Source: Hydrolagus colliei
Lineage: Eukaryota
DNA: 64,000 nucleotides
Reading direction: 5' to 3'
Assembly: GCA_035084275.1 (NCBI GenBank)
Contig: CM068743.1
Coordinates: 95,666,001-95,730,000 of the forward strand
Position 1 is the stretch's first letter, and every line of letters begins with the position of its first letter. The translations under genes were made by a program, and so were the position numbers. This document shows positions 40,735 to 53,420 of this stretch, piece after piece. The notes under the pieces are model-generated. The model was given only the letters and a program-made list of their open reading frames with translations, was not told the origin of the DNA and did not search any database.

Positions 40735-40869
40735 GCTCTTGTTAGACATTGCAACTACTGATTCAAGCACAGAAAATGAGATGAGCATGAAGTTTGGAGC
40801 TACTCTGAAGAACTGCAGACATCTCTTGGAATCTGCTAAAAAGCTAGGGATTCAAGTGGTTGGTGTCAG
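40735..40869 (+). CDS. AZIN1: AZIN1 coding exon 4
   Basis: LLLDIATTD...MSMKFGATLKNCRHLLESAKKLGIQVVGV; AG/GT boundaries. Confidence 0.96.
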
Positions 40870-41097
40870 GTGAGTAGTATGCTTGTCTTTGTACAATGTG
40901 GAGGGTTGCCTCAAGATGAGCATAATGCAAACAGTCTAATCTTGATTGGATGGACTGAATAACCTTATGCTTAATATGCATCTATAATTTAAAAATTCAA
41001 TCTTAAATTAGAGAACAGAGATAGAAAAGAACAAAGCTATCCTGAGATGCTATCCTGCATGACGGGTGCAATATAAACACAGTTGTTATAACATATG

Positions 41098-41412
41098 GAG
41101 TCCTGTAGTTCAGTGGTTAGAGCCACTGCAATCCTTACAAGTGAGACGTGGGTTCAATTCCCGGCAAGGCAAAACTTTGGGCAAGTTTCCTTACTCCACA
41201 TGTCTAATAATAAACCCTCAAAACATAATAATAATAATTTGGTCACACAATTCACGATTGTTTGTGAGATACTGCTGTGTGCAAAATGGCTGCCATGTTT
41301 CACCCACAAATATACAGTCAATTCACTATACAGTATATTCTGTGAAGCAATATATTCTTTGAGACATCTAGAAAACGTGAAAAGTGCTATATCAAATGCA
41401 AGGATTATTACT
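41098..41412 (+). mobile_element. Same SINE family, near full length (20+ copies in window, e.g. 1195-1490, 4436-4760, 8600-8860, 24712-24990, 31620-31855, 35048-35345, 50100-50343, 54316-54597)
   Basis: Same head, core and tail; mutual similarity visible by eye. Confidence 0.88.
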
Positions 41413-43229
41413 ATTAGTTGGTACAGATTGCACTTCCATATCCATTGTTGTATCCCTGAGATGTAACTTCCTCTTTTACTGCTGGTGGTGACCACCCTGA
41501 CGTGGCATTGTGCTCTGCCACCATCAAGTGTCCTAAGACGCTACCCTAGGTGAGGGGCAAATAAATGTTGTTGTAATCAAACTGCCATATGTTTAACAAC
41601 TTGCATTTATATAATGCATTGTAGAAACTGTTACAGCGATTAATTCAAAATTAAGTGAATTTTATGTAGGTAAACGCGAGAACAAGTTTATATCAGTAAC
41701 AACAGTTTGAAAAAAGTTGGTAGTTTCTCCCAGTGTCCTGGTCAGCAATTACAATATAAAATAACATTTGTTAAAGAGTCTTTCACGTCAAGAGGACATC
41801 CTAAGGCGCTGAACAGTCAAAGATTTGGACCCAAGCTGAGTGGAGGGGTGGGATCAGGGAGGGTGACTGAAGGTGCAGTCGTAGGGGAGGGTCTACAAGG
41901 GAGGGAATGAGGCGAAGGAACGGGTGGAGTTCCAAAGGATGGGGGCAGAGAGACTGAAGACCCAATCGCCGCCTGCTGAGCGGATGGAGTGGACAGGTTG
42001 CTATGGATTACAGTGGATAGGTTACTATGCAGATTGCAGAGGTAGGAAAAAAAAGCAAGCTGGGGAAGGCTTTGAAGGTGAGGACGAGGATTTGAAAACT
42101 ATCCTCTGGGAGATGAGGAGTTAGTGGAGTTGAGCGTGGGTGAGGGTGATAGGGTTACGGAGCCTGGTGCGGGAGAGGACACGAGCTGCAGAGTTCTGAA
42201 TGATCTGCAACTTGTGGAAGGAAAGCTGACAAGCAGGGAGTTGGCATATCAAGCCTAGATGTGATAAATTATTAGTAATCTTATGACTGTTTATGGAACT
42301 TTGCTATGCAAATTAGCTACCTTATTTGCCTCCAAATAACATAAATTTTCAGTAAATTCTGTGAAGCATTTGAGACATTTTGTCTCTTCAAAGGAGGATC
42401 AGATAGGCTGAAACCCCAACCAGTGATGGTGTTTTAGTACTAACCCAAACTTTGTTCATCAAAAGTTATAAGCACTATATCACGCTGCAGCAGCTTTTCT
42501 CACTACCTTTCTCACCGCATTTCTCTGCCTATCTGAGTTGTGTGTACTACTGCAGTTAATATATTAAATGATATATGTCTAGCACACTAGAAATATAATT
42601 AGGAGATAGTTTCAGTCAATTGTTCCAGTAAATTACTCAATTAATTATATTAATAATTATGTGTACATGAAAGGCACAAGGCATGCTACCTATTGATTTT
42701 AATGCTGATTGAAATTGTTATTTAAAGTGTTCTGAATTAAATTGTAGACCACAGAAATTCTGCTAGTAACTTGCAGAATGTGTGGCTGACTTGCAGGATC
42801 CCCATTACAAAGCGCTGGCAGTAAGTTGCAGGGTCCCACAGGTTGATTGTCATATATTAATTTCTCCAATTAATTGTGACTAATTTGCTATTGGTGATTT
42901 ACTATTGCAAACCACTGCTTCCCCCTCTTTGTCTAGTGTAGTGGACACTATTGTACTGAAATGATTTAAAATGTAAAAACATGCTGGAAATTAATAGCAG
43001 TTCAATGAAAAGCGGAGAAAAAATAGGTCAACGTTTCAGGGTCATGCCTCTCTACAGGTTCATGTATTGAGTATCTTGCAGTCAATTTCCAGTGTTTGAG
43101 ATGAATTTTCTACTGATGATTTTGCAGTTCCCATGTTGTTATTTTAATCACTTATATATTACAATATATCGATTTGTGAAAGGTGATCATAAAATCTACT
43201 TTTTTCGCCCCAAAAAATCTCTTTACCAG

Positions 43230-43311
43230 GTTTCATGTTTCTACCTTGGCTGGCAGTAGAGAGGCATATTTACATGGCTTGGCGGATGCTCGATGTGTCT
43301 TTGATATGGCT
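43230..43311 (+). CDS. AZIN1: AZIN1 coding exon 5
   Basis: FHVSTLAGSREAYLHGLADARCVFDMA; AG/GT boundaries, 82 nt restores phase 0. Confidence 0.95.
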
Positions 43312-44693
43312 GTGAGTATTCTATTGGTTTCATCAAATCACAGTTACTTTCACAACATCTAGTTAAGAAATAATTATAGGACCACATTATGGTCTTACAA
43401 TAAATCAATTTCTTTAGTTTGCTTGGAAAGCCTGTTTCAGAATTGAATCTTCATATCAGATAAGCTTTACATCAGAGGTTGCTCGCTTCTCGGTATCAAA
43501 ACATACCTCAAAAATCAGACTGCAAATTTTAAATGCTATATTTTCAGAAGATGAATAGACAAGAGTGCCATCTGCTGGTAGGGGTACATGTTTATCATAT
43601 TCAGTTCACTAAAAATATGGATATTTTGCTAAAGGAGGAAAGATAGCTAGTGTTAGAAATCATCACATATGAGCTCCATTAACTCCTTACTTTTGAATTA
43701 TTTTTGGAGACAAAATACCAGGGACCTCATTGTCTGCAGCAATCAAGCACATGTACTGCCTAAGTAGTACAAACATATTTTTTAAAGATTTGTTTTTGAG
43801 GTTTTCTCTTAATTTGAAATGATTTTGTTTTTAATATATTGTTTAATTCTATATTAAGATGAAAAAAGTCACTCAGATAGTTACTGTGCACCCAGCTGTT
43901 GCTTCTGAACTCCTGCCCATTGACCGATCATCCTCAGCTTCTGCCATAATTCCTCACTATTTCAAATCTGTCGTAATTACATCCCCTCCTCAAAAAAAAA
44001 CGACACCAGACTCCCCCAAATTCTCCAGTTACTTCCCCACCTCCAACCTTCCCTACCAATGCAAAGTCCTGGATTCCCAGCTTCACTCTTTCCTCTCCCA
44101 CCAGACCGAGCATGAGTGCAGTCTGTGCAATCTGGGGTTCCACTTTGTCTGCTGCATTCAGACAGCCCTGGTCAAAAAGGTCCCATAAATGATATTATTG
44201 TCTGCCTCTGACCAATTACTCTGCCATCTTAACACTGTTGACCACTCCATCCTTCTTCATTGTTTTTCTCTTGAGGATAAGGAGGCATAGATAATGAGTT
44301 CTGTACAAGCATGAACTGTATAGAACTGTGTTCAGTATTCAGTTAGTTGGTATCTGTGGAACCATACCCAAGTATTTCTGATGCATGCTTTGAGGAGATG
44401 AGGAGAATTCGACAAGGAAAGGGGAATTATATGCACCTAGAGAAAATATAGTACGAACCAGACCATAAAAGTTGAATAAGGAGTCAAAAATATGTGAAGG
44501 CTAATCAGATGCATTATCTGAAAAGATGGACTGAACAGTGGTGCTCTTTCAAATACCACCGTTCAGTTTTTTTCAATGTGTTAAACATAATAATTAATTT
44601 AAGTTGTAGCACCGCTTTTATAAATTAACTATTTAAAACTGGAATTGTGTATAATGCATTCCCAAATCCTGTAGTAATGTCTGTATCTTACAG

Positions 44694-44774
44694 GAAGAGT
44701 TTGGTTTCAACATGAACTTTCTGGACATTGGAGGTGGTTTTTCTGGGACAGATTGTGAATTACAACTTGAAAAG
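44694..44774 (+). CDS. AZIN1: AZIN1 coding exon 6
   Basis: EEFGFNMNFLDIGGGFSGTDCELQLEK containing the LDIGGGF PLP-phosphate loop; donor AAG|GTAGGA. Confidence 0.95.
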
Positions 44775-44793
44775 GTAGGAGAGAGCCCTTATA

Positions 44794-45618
44794 CAGGTAG
44801 ACCCCGCTTACCAAACTCCCGGTTACCGAAACTTCACTATAACGAGGGTTTCTATTTGTATCACTTCTCCGCTTAACAAAGGCTGCTTTCGCTATAACAA
44901 AGTTTACACACACTTTAAATCTCGTGGGCTTCTCGTGCGCAGCTTCTCATGTGCAGCTTGCCTCAGCAACGCACACTCAGTCTTTAGCGTCCCTCAGTTA
45001 AGCTGTGCAGTGCAGCCCCTCCCATATGGGAGGAGCTTAAGCGGCAGGATGCTTTGTGGCTTCAATAATAGTAAGTCGAGATGGGGTGGGGGGAATAGAG
45101 AGATGGGAGGGAATAGAGAGATGGGAGGGAATAGAGAGATGGGAGGGAGGATAGAGAGGGGGGTGGGATAGAGAGGGAGGGGAGGGGGATAGAAAGGGAG
45201 GGGATGGGGGATAGAGAGGAGGGGGTTGGATAGAGATAGAGAGGAGAGCGGGATAGAGAGGAAGGGGAGGGTGGGATAGGGAGGTGTGGGGGGGAAGAAA
45301 GAAGCGCATCACGTGCCTGGAAATGCCAATATTTCAGTGCAGTGACTGTGCAGACTTGGCCTGGAGCAAGTAGGATTGGCTTTTTTATTCCTGCAATTTT
45401 TGTCACATTCCGGATTCAGGAACTCCGGACTTTTGGCTGCTCTGAAAATGTTAGCGCTAGGAACTGCTAGGAACTAAACTGATTTTAGTGGGGAGGGTCG
45501 GGGCGACGTTTTGGCTGCGGCCAAATGCAGTAATACAGTTAAACTCTCGCTTAACTAAATTTTCTCTTAACGAGGGATTTTAAAGTCTCGAACCCCATTG
45601 TTAAGCGGGGTCTACCTG
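44794..45618. mobile_element. Tigger/pogo-like non-autonomous DNA transposon with internal GA-rich repeat
   Basis: Perfect 17-bp TIR CAGGTAGACCCCGCTTA / TAAGCGGGGTCTACCTG, TA on both sides. Confidence 0.88.
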
Positions 45619-46201
45619 TACTTCCAATATTTAAGTAAATACGTTCTTCGGGTGGGAGTATGGATTCTTATGAATGTTTCTCCCTCTGCCCTCCACCCCC
45701 AGCTCGTGTCCAGTATACTGTGTCCAGCAACTTAATTAATTAATAAACAAACAAACAAAATGAATGAATGTTTTTATTTAGCCTGCCACAGAACAATCAG
45801 ATGCTATCAATCTCAATTGTGGTGTCATGGTCAAATAAGCAAACAATAAATGTCTTTACGGGTGTGGTGTGGGGGAAAATGGACTACTTTAGTGCAGTTG
45901 ATGGTAATAGCACAGGCCTGAGCGTGTTATGAGTGCGCAGAATGGGAAAGAACAATGGAGCATTTTTTTAGATATGAAAAATAAATGTTATTATATGAAA
46001 AATCACTTAAATTATTTGCATATAAACCAAATGTTTATTTTTAAAACGTGTCACTGTTTTCCTTTGTAAGTGGTAACTGATTTTAAAAAATTTAATTAAT
46101 GACAGGTGGTTTTATTTTAAATTCTATATAATACACGTGTGTGCCTATGATCAATACGGTTTGATGCTGAATTCAGTTGTTATTTTTGTCTCCAATTCTA
46201 G

Positions 46202-46367
46202 GTTTATGATGCCATCAGTCCACTCCTTGATATTTACTTTCCTCCTGAAAGTGGTATTAAAATCATTGCTGAGCCTGGGAGCTACTATGTGAATTCTGCC
46301 TTCACTCTGGCAGTAAACATTGTAGCCAAGAAGGTTGTTGCAAGAGACTCTCAAGATCAGTCTGGAG
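46202..46367 (+). CDS. AZIN1: AZIN1 coding exon 7
   Basis: [44 protein letters not shown]; EPGS is AZIN1-type (ODC EPGR). Confidence 0.96.
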
Positions 46368-47972
46368 GTAATCCCATGTGTTTCAGTTATATTATCTTGA
46401 ATTCATTAATGTTAATGAATTAACTTGTTGTTCTAACGCTGTTCTCTATTTAATACCATAACAATTAAATTTAATCACCGATTGCAGTGAATCTGGTGTT
46501 TTTAAGGCTTTTTAAAGTTCTGTCTGAAGGTTATTCAAATTTATGGAAAGGGTGCAATATAGAGGTTCATGAATCTGATACTGAAAATAAAAGAATACAG
46601 CCATGAGGAGCAGCTGGTAGGGGAGTGTGGGAGGGGTGGGTTAGGCCTCTTTCCATTGAACCAGAGAAGATTGATAGGTGTTTATAAGTTAAAGAAACTG
46701 TCAGAGAATTAATTCTTTACACTGTAAGGGAATTTGAGAACAAGAGGCCATAAAATCAAGACTGTAACAAAGGGACTAACATGAGAGCTTGTCGCAGAGG
46801 ATTATCGGAATATGGAATGCTTTGCAGGAGCTGACTATCAAATCAGTTAATTGGAGGCATTTAATAAAGATTTGGACAAGCACATGCTGTGAAAGAGAAT
46901 TAGATAAAGCAGGGAATTGGGATTAGTGTGGAGTGGTAGATTGAGTGGAAATTAAAGCACATTTTTGGAGCCTCTGACAAAATAAAGTTAGTGATGTGCC
47001 TCAGAGATTGAAGGGAGAAATAGCTATTGATATTAAATGTGCTGGACACAGGATTAAATAAAATAATATCCAAATGTTTGGATTGCTAACTCCCAACTCA
47101 TGCACGCCATGTGGAACCTTGAAGATTTTGCTCAAATCTTCGACTGTGGTTTGATGTTGATCCACAGGCTCTCAACAAGTCTGTCAAACCCTACCACCTC
47201 CAATCCTCTAGCCCCATATCTCCCTCCCATTTTGGATGCCCACTAAGTCTTTGTAAATGGTTTTGAGACGTTTATTCCCATGTGAAAGGCAGTATAGAAG
47301 TGTAGATTGCTGTTAAATTAGAAGGTGTTAACAATTACATGATGTGACAAAGAATATAGGATAATAGACATTAACACTTTTAATTAAATTAGTTGGTGAT
47401 TCCAACACAAAAAGTTAAAAGATTTGAATAATTTAAGATTGCAACTAAGGAATTTGGGATTTTTTTCTTTCCAAGGGTAATCAGTCATAGAATCATCGCC
47501 GGGTGGTTTTGGAAGCAAAGGACGGGTGTTGATCTGGGAATTGGAATTAGAGTGGTTGGCTTCATTTGTGGAATTGAACTCTAATGGTTTAATGGCCTCC
47601 AGCTGTGCTGTACATTTGTATGGTTGTGCAGTGCCTCAGCAATGTATCGTTACAAACTACTTGCTGCATCAGTTTCCTCACCTGTTTCCTTCCATCCTGG
47701 TAGCTTCCATGAGTGAAATTGACAGGTTGTCGATAGGTTTATGCAGTTGCTTCAACCAACAAACAACTGGAGTGGGACTGATGGAAAAACCTTTTAATCC
47801 TTAAGGCTGTCAAAAAGAGACAAGTCCATCATTTGGATTTGAATCCAGCTGCCAATCACCTGGCCACCCAGTTCTCCAATAATTTGCTTTCTGTTATAAT
47901 ATTGATTAGAAAGTGATGAATAAAGTTCTGAAAATAATCCAGGCCAAATGTGATGTCCTTGATCTTTTACAG

Positions 47973-48091
47973 TGGTTGAGTCCACCATGAACGATGAACC
48001 ATTCTTCATCTATTACATAAGTGATGGTGTTTATGGGTCTTTTGCGAACAATTTGTATGGAACTATGAGTGCCATTCCAATTCTTCACAAG
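47973..48091 (+). CDS. AZIN1: AZIN1 coding exon 8
   Basis: NDEPFFIYYISDGVYGSFANNLYG...LHK; AG/GT boundaries. Confidence 0.95.
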
Positions 48092-48909
48092 GTGAGATTG
48101 CTACAGTGGAAAGAGCAATAATGTAGAGTCATGTAGCGTATTGGTTAAAGAATGCTCCTTGCAAATGAGAGGACATAGGTTTGTGAGACACTGTTATGCG
48201 CAATTGGCAATTGACAATTCACCTTGTGCATTGAGAAGTCTTGAAGACATGATGAGGTGCTACAACAAAAACAAATTACATTTATAGAGCGCCTTTTACA
48301 TCAGGAGGACATCCCAAGGCACTGAAGAGTCAGGTCAGGACCCAAGCAAGGGAGAGAGGCAGGGTAGAGGAGTGGGGCGGAGAGAGTTGGGAGGGCAGCA
48401 GAAGGCACGGTCGAAGAGGAGGGTCTTGACACCGGCCTTGAAAGAGTTGAGAGAGGGAGCGAAGCGAAGGGACTGTGGGATGGAGTTCCAGAGTGTGGGG
48501 GCAGGGAGGCTGAAAGCCCGGCTGCCGATGGTAGGGCGGGGGACATGGAGCAGGCCAGAGCCTGCTGAACGGAGGTCTACATCAAATGCAAGGATTATTA
48601 TTATGATATGAACTTCATTAAGCTGTCTGAAGTCACCAAATAAAATTGAGTTTTATACAAAGGATTAATTATAATTTTGTAAATCTGAACTGGTGTTGGA
48701 CTGACTGTTTATAGCAAAGGTAATTCGAGATTAAAAATGTCAAGCTCATCAGTTTGGTGAGTGGATGATACGTGTTGCTTTAGGAAGAGAAAATAAATAA
48801 TCCAATCTCAACTCATTTAGATTTGAAATCTGGAGTGCAATTACAGATCGTGGCTCTTCGTGAATTAATTATAATTGTCGTGAGCAAACAGCCACATTCA
48901 CCTATGAAG

Positions 48910-49652
48910 TAGGGTCCGGCGATATATCGGTTATATCCGATATAATTTTCATATCGATAATCCGATATAGGCATTTTCAAAATATCGATATATCGGAAAA
49001 AGTCGATATCCAAAAATCGGAATGTGCGCACACTCGACTACAAGACCCAGAATGCTCATCTCTATACACAATGCACAGACCAAGGTGCAAGCCGCCATAT
49101 TGTATTCATAGTCCTCGAATACAATATACAGGTATACAAGGGGGGGGGGGGGGGGGAGAGAGGGACGGAGGGGTGGGGGGAGAGAGGGACGGAGGGGTAG
49201 GGGGAGAGAGGGACGGAGGGGTGGGGGGGAGAGACGGGGGGCAGAGAGGGACGGCGAGGGGGTAGGGGGAGAGAGGGACGGCGGTGGGGAGGGGGAGGGA
49301 CGGCGGCGGGGGATGTGGGGGGAGAGAAGGACGGCGGGGGGTGGGGGGAGAGAAGGACGGCGGGGGGGTACGGACGGGTGGGGGAAGATGGGGTGGATGT
49401 GATAATATACAGACAGACAGACAGACAGAGAGATGGGGGGATGTGAGAGAGGAGAGAGACACAGACAGAAAAACACAGAGATGGAGAGAATGAGTGTGAG
49501 AGACACACAGAGAGAGAGATATTTACCTCCTGAGGAGATAGGCCCCGAATGCGCGTGCATGCGCAGTACGAAAACCCCGAAAATATCAGTATATCTCGAT
49601 ATGAGCCCATCAATGTATCTAAATCGGAAAATTTCCATATCGACGGACCCTA
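48910..49652. mobile_element. hAT-type MITE, same ends as 26912-27286, different G-rich interior
   Basis: TIR TAGGGTCCG / CGGACCCTA, 8-bp TSD CTATGAAG/CTACGAAG. Confidence 0.88.
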
Positions 49653-49875
49653 CTACGAAGTACACAGACTCATCACGTAACAGTAAATCCAGTGAAGCGG
49701 TTTTAAGACATCGTCCTGACATAATAGGGGCGAGATCAAATGCAAGGAGTATTTGAGATATTCTGTGATACAAATTTAACAGCAGTGAACATCTGTTGTC
49801 TTTATCTCTTAAATAAAATGTGAGATGCTGCAGCAGAATTATCCTTCCTGATCATCTTGTTTTCGTCTTGTTTAG

Positions 49876-50087
49876 AACCCTAACTCAGAGGGACCTGTAT
49901 TTGGCAGCAGCCTGTGGGGCCCCTCCTTTGATGGACTTGATCAAGTTGTAGAGCACTGTCTCCTGCCCGAACTAAGTGTTGGTGATTGGGTCATCTTTGA
50001 AAACATGGGAGCATACACCTTAGAGCAGTCTGCGTTCAGCGAGTTCCAGAGTCCCCCAGTGTATTGTGTGATGTCGATCAATGATTG
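49876..50087 (+). CDS. AZIN1: AZIN1 coding exon 9
   Basis: [38 protein letters not shown]...; donor TG|GTAAGT. Confidence 0.96.
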
Positions 50088-50796
50088 GTAAGTGATGAGT
50101 TCCCGGCAGGGTGAAACCTTGGGCAAGTTTCCTTAGTCCACACGGCTAATAATAATCCCTCCCAAAAAATAGCAATAATAATTTGGTCGCTCACTTCACA
50201 ACTGTTGGTGGAACACAGCTATGTACAAATGGCTGCCGCTTTTCGCCGACAAATATACTCACTTTACAGTATACTCTGAAGTGCTTTGAGACATCTAGAA
50301 GAAGTGAAAAGCACTATATCAAATGCACAGATTATTATTATTATCTGCTTCCCATGTGCCAGCTGACTTTCACTTTATTGGATTGTTACTGATGTCACTT
50401 CGTTGCTGTATATACACAAAGCAGGAAATTATGCTTTGAGTGACCAAACACGTCAGAAGTTGGCCATTTTAGCTTCAGCGTTTAAACTACCAACTTCGAG
50501 ATCACCAGGTTTCCCATAACATCAATTTCTACTTTGTTCAAATGCACCAAACAGGAAGGGATATTGGTGGTGACCTAATGATCCTGAAATCTCTCATTTT
50601 TCTTTTGACCTCACATTTCCCAGAAAAACAATACAGGCCTGAATCAGCCTGACTGTGCGCAATGAAACTAGCTGTTGTTTGTATCTGTTATATCAGTAGA
50701 ATTTTATGGATAATGAGGTTCCACTGTATCACAAAACTAAGCAGAAAATCTACATTTATTCATTCTGTTTAATGGACTTTTGTTTTTTTGTCTCAG

Positions 50797-50926
50797 GTTT
50801 TCAATGCAGGAAGTTGGATTAACCTTGGACACATCTGTGAAGAATTTCTCTTGTGTGCCTTCTTGCTTCCAGCTGAGACAGGAACAAAATTTTTCTGCTG
50901 CTGGTTTGTCTGGCATCAGTGCTTAA
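50797..50926 (+). CDS. AZIN1: AZIN1 last coding exon
   Basis: FSMQEVGLTLDTSVKNFSCVPSCFQLRQEQNFSAAGLSGISA*; resembles AZIN1 C-terminus (KNFFFVPSCIQL); TAA 50924-50926; joined CDS 1380 nt. Confidence 0.92.
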
Positions 50927-51198
50927 ATTATTGCAGTTCTGTTCAATCGCATGTCTGGTTGAGATTCCAAAGTGGAATCGAACCAGTGGAACAATCCTGT
51001 TTGTTTAACTTTTTGCTGTTAAAATTTAACTCAAACACTTGAAATTGATGATTGGGACCAGGCAAAAATCAGCTGGAATAATTGCAAGTGGTCATGTGGA
51101 AAAAAATTAACATTTTTAACCATCTGAAATGAAACCTGCAAGTTGATGTTGTAACTTTTCTCTTTTTCTCTCTCCTCCCCCTTCCCCCACATACCAAC

Positions 51199-51485
51199 AA
51201 TAAAATATGCAACAAAATGGATGACTTGGAAGAGGTGGAAACCTATCAATAGGTTCCCTACTTAAACAGTTTACATGTTCACAATTTTTATACAAATATT
51301 CTTGTTATAGATGTCTTGAGTTCTTTATTTTGCCCATGTAACAGAATAACCAGAGTAATTTGACTTAAAAATATGTAAAATGTTTAGGATGTGTAAAATT
51401 TGTGATTTGTTCTGTAGTTTAATAAATGTAAAATTGCAGCAAAGTTTGTATGATCTAATGTTGTCCCTGTTTGACTTCCAATAAA
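51199..51485 (+). terminator. Candidate AZIN1 polyadenylation signals
   Basis: AATAAA at 51199, 51421 and 51480 in an AU-rich 3' region. Confidence 0.55.
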
Positions 51486-53100
51486 ATTGTCAAGCTTCTG
51501 TGGACTTTATATTAATTGAATATTGAACTAGAGCAAAACAAACATTTCAATTTCAACAAAGTACAGTATGTTGCATATTTTCAAAGATTCTATGGCATTC
51601 ACAAAATAATGTAGTTGAGCGCCACATCATTTTATGTTTGTTTAATTTTCAATTAGGCATTTTCAATGTTACTTACCTTTAATTTCTTCTGGCCAATTTT
51701 TTAAACTCCTAATAATTTAGAGACAAACCTAATAGAATGAAAATGCACAGCTTACACAAAAGAATACATGTCTGCAAAAAGCCTCTTGGCTCTATGTTTT
51801 CTAAGTGCAGGACAAATTTTTAATTTTAAAGTTGGTATTTGAGGAACGTGCTGAGAAGCGCGCATCAACAAGCAGCACATTGTGAAATGTGTATAGTGGG
51901 AAGCTATCTTTTCTATGAAAACAGGACTATTTTGTGACAACTTTAATTATTCCCTTCACTTACAAGTATCCAACTGAGAAATTAACAAGCAACAAAGTTC
52001 ATTTAAAGCTTTACATCTTGTCACTATAGTGTTTCCTGAAGAGAAATATTGAACTCACAGAGTTGCTTTCCAGTTTATCATGCACCAGCAGTGTCTGTTA
52101 TCTTTCTCATGGGTTGAGAAAGACGAAAGGCAGATTTGTCAGAATGTGTGCCCTCCAGAAGGTTGTAACTTGCTGGGCTAAATTTCCATGGTTAGCCTCC
52201 AGAATGTCATTTTTCACCAGTGACCCAAACACAATTTTCTTCAGGACTCAAAAGGAGGCAAATGGGCTGCAGTTTGCCTATAAATAAATCTTATTAAACA
52301 TTTTGAAGCATTTGACATGATATAATAATCCTTGCATTTGGTGTAGCACCTCCTATCCCTTTACCTGCCTGCCCGCCCCCTCCGCTCTGGCCTACTCCAC
52401 ATACACTGACCCACCCGCCCAACCATTGGTGGTTGAGCCTTCGGCAACTCTACCCCCAACCTCTGGAACTCCATCCCGCAGTCTCTCCACCAACCCCTCC
52501 CTGGCTTCCTTCAAGTCTCGTCTCAAGACTTCGGTGGACCCATCAACAACTCCTTATCCCCCCGCTTCCCTTGCATCCCTGTCCTCAGCTCGGGTCTTAA
52601 GCAGTAACTGTCCAGTGCCTTGGGACATTCTCCTGACGTGAAAGGCGCTATACAAATGTTATTTTGTTATATCTTTAAGACATCTCAAAGGTACTATATC
52701 AATTATTTGTAGTATTGGCCACTTGTGATTCAAGTGTTCCTCTTGTAGCTTTGTAAAGCACTTCATGCCGTGTCAAGCCTGGTTTGAGGAGCAAAATGAA
52801 TTGGTGTAGCTTTTTAAAAACCACTGTTGAAACCTAGATTATGGCTAATGACATAATACCTTTTGGGAACTCACCTGTTTTCGGTATACTAGGAGTTGAA
52901 TACAGTAAAAGCCCGTTTATCCGCTACCCAATCAACCGTAACTTACGTATAACCGATTTCGCAAAAAAAAGGTCCACATTCGATTAACCGGAATTTATCA
53001 GGAAAAATGCATTAAGTTTCTTTTTTAAAAATTGGCGTTTTCAGCTGAATATCCGGCATGCGCTTTAACCGGCATTGGCCAGGTACTGAGGGTGCTGGAT

Positions 53101-53420
53101 ATAATAATCCTTGCATTTGATATAGCACTTTCCACATTTTATCAACGTCCCAAAGTGCTTCACAGAATATACTGTAAAGTGAATTGACTGTATATTTGTG
53201 GGCGAATCGCGGCAGCGAATTGCGCACAGCAGTGTCCCACAAACAGTCATGGATTGAAATGACCAATTATTGCGGGTTTTTTTGGATGGATTATTATTAG
53301 GCGTGTGGAGTAAGGAAACTTGCCCAAGGTTTCGCCCTGACCTGCCTGGATTCGAACACATGTCTCCCCAGCTTGCAAGACAAGTGCTCTAACCACTAAG
53401 CCACAAGAGCTCCATAAACA
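53101..53420 (-). mobile_element. SINE inserted inside a Tigger-like MITE
   Basis: Full SINE flanked by a TGGATA duplication; uninterrupted MITE copy at 7227-7426. Confidence 0.85.

Noticed and set aside
48949-49773. 274-aa and overlapping ORFs
   Set aside because: Interior of a hAT MITE with a G-rich repeat; no transposase motifs
31268-50926. ODC1 or AZIN2 as gene identity
   Set aside because: MKGF start, YTVKCN, GFAC, EPGS, the AZIN1-like C-terminus, the AUU/PPW uCC and KLF10 linkage all indicate AZIN1
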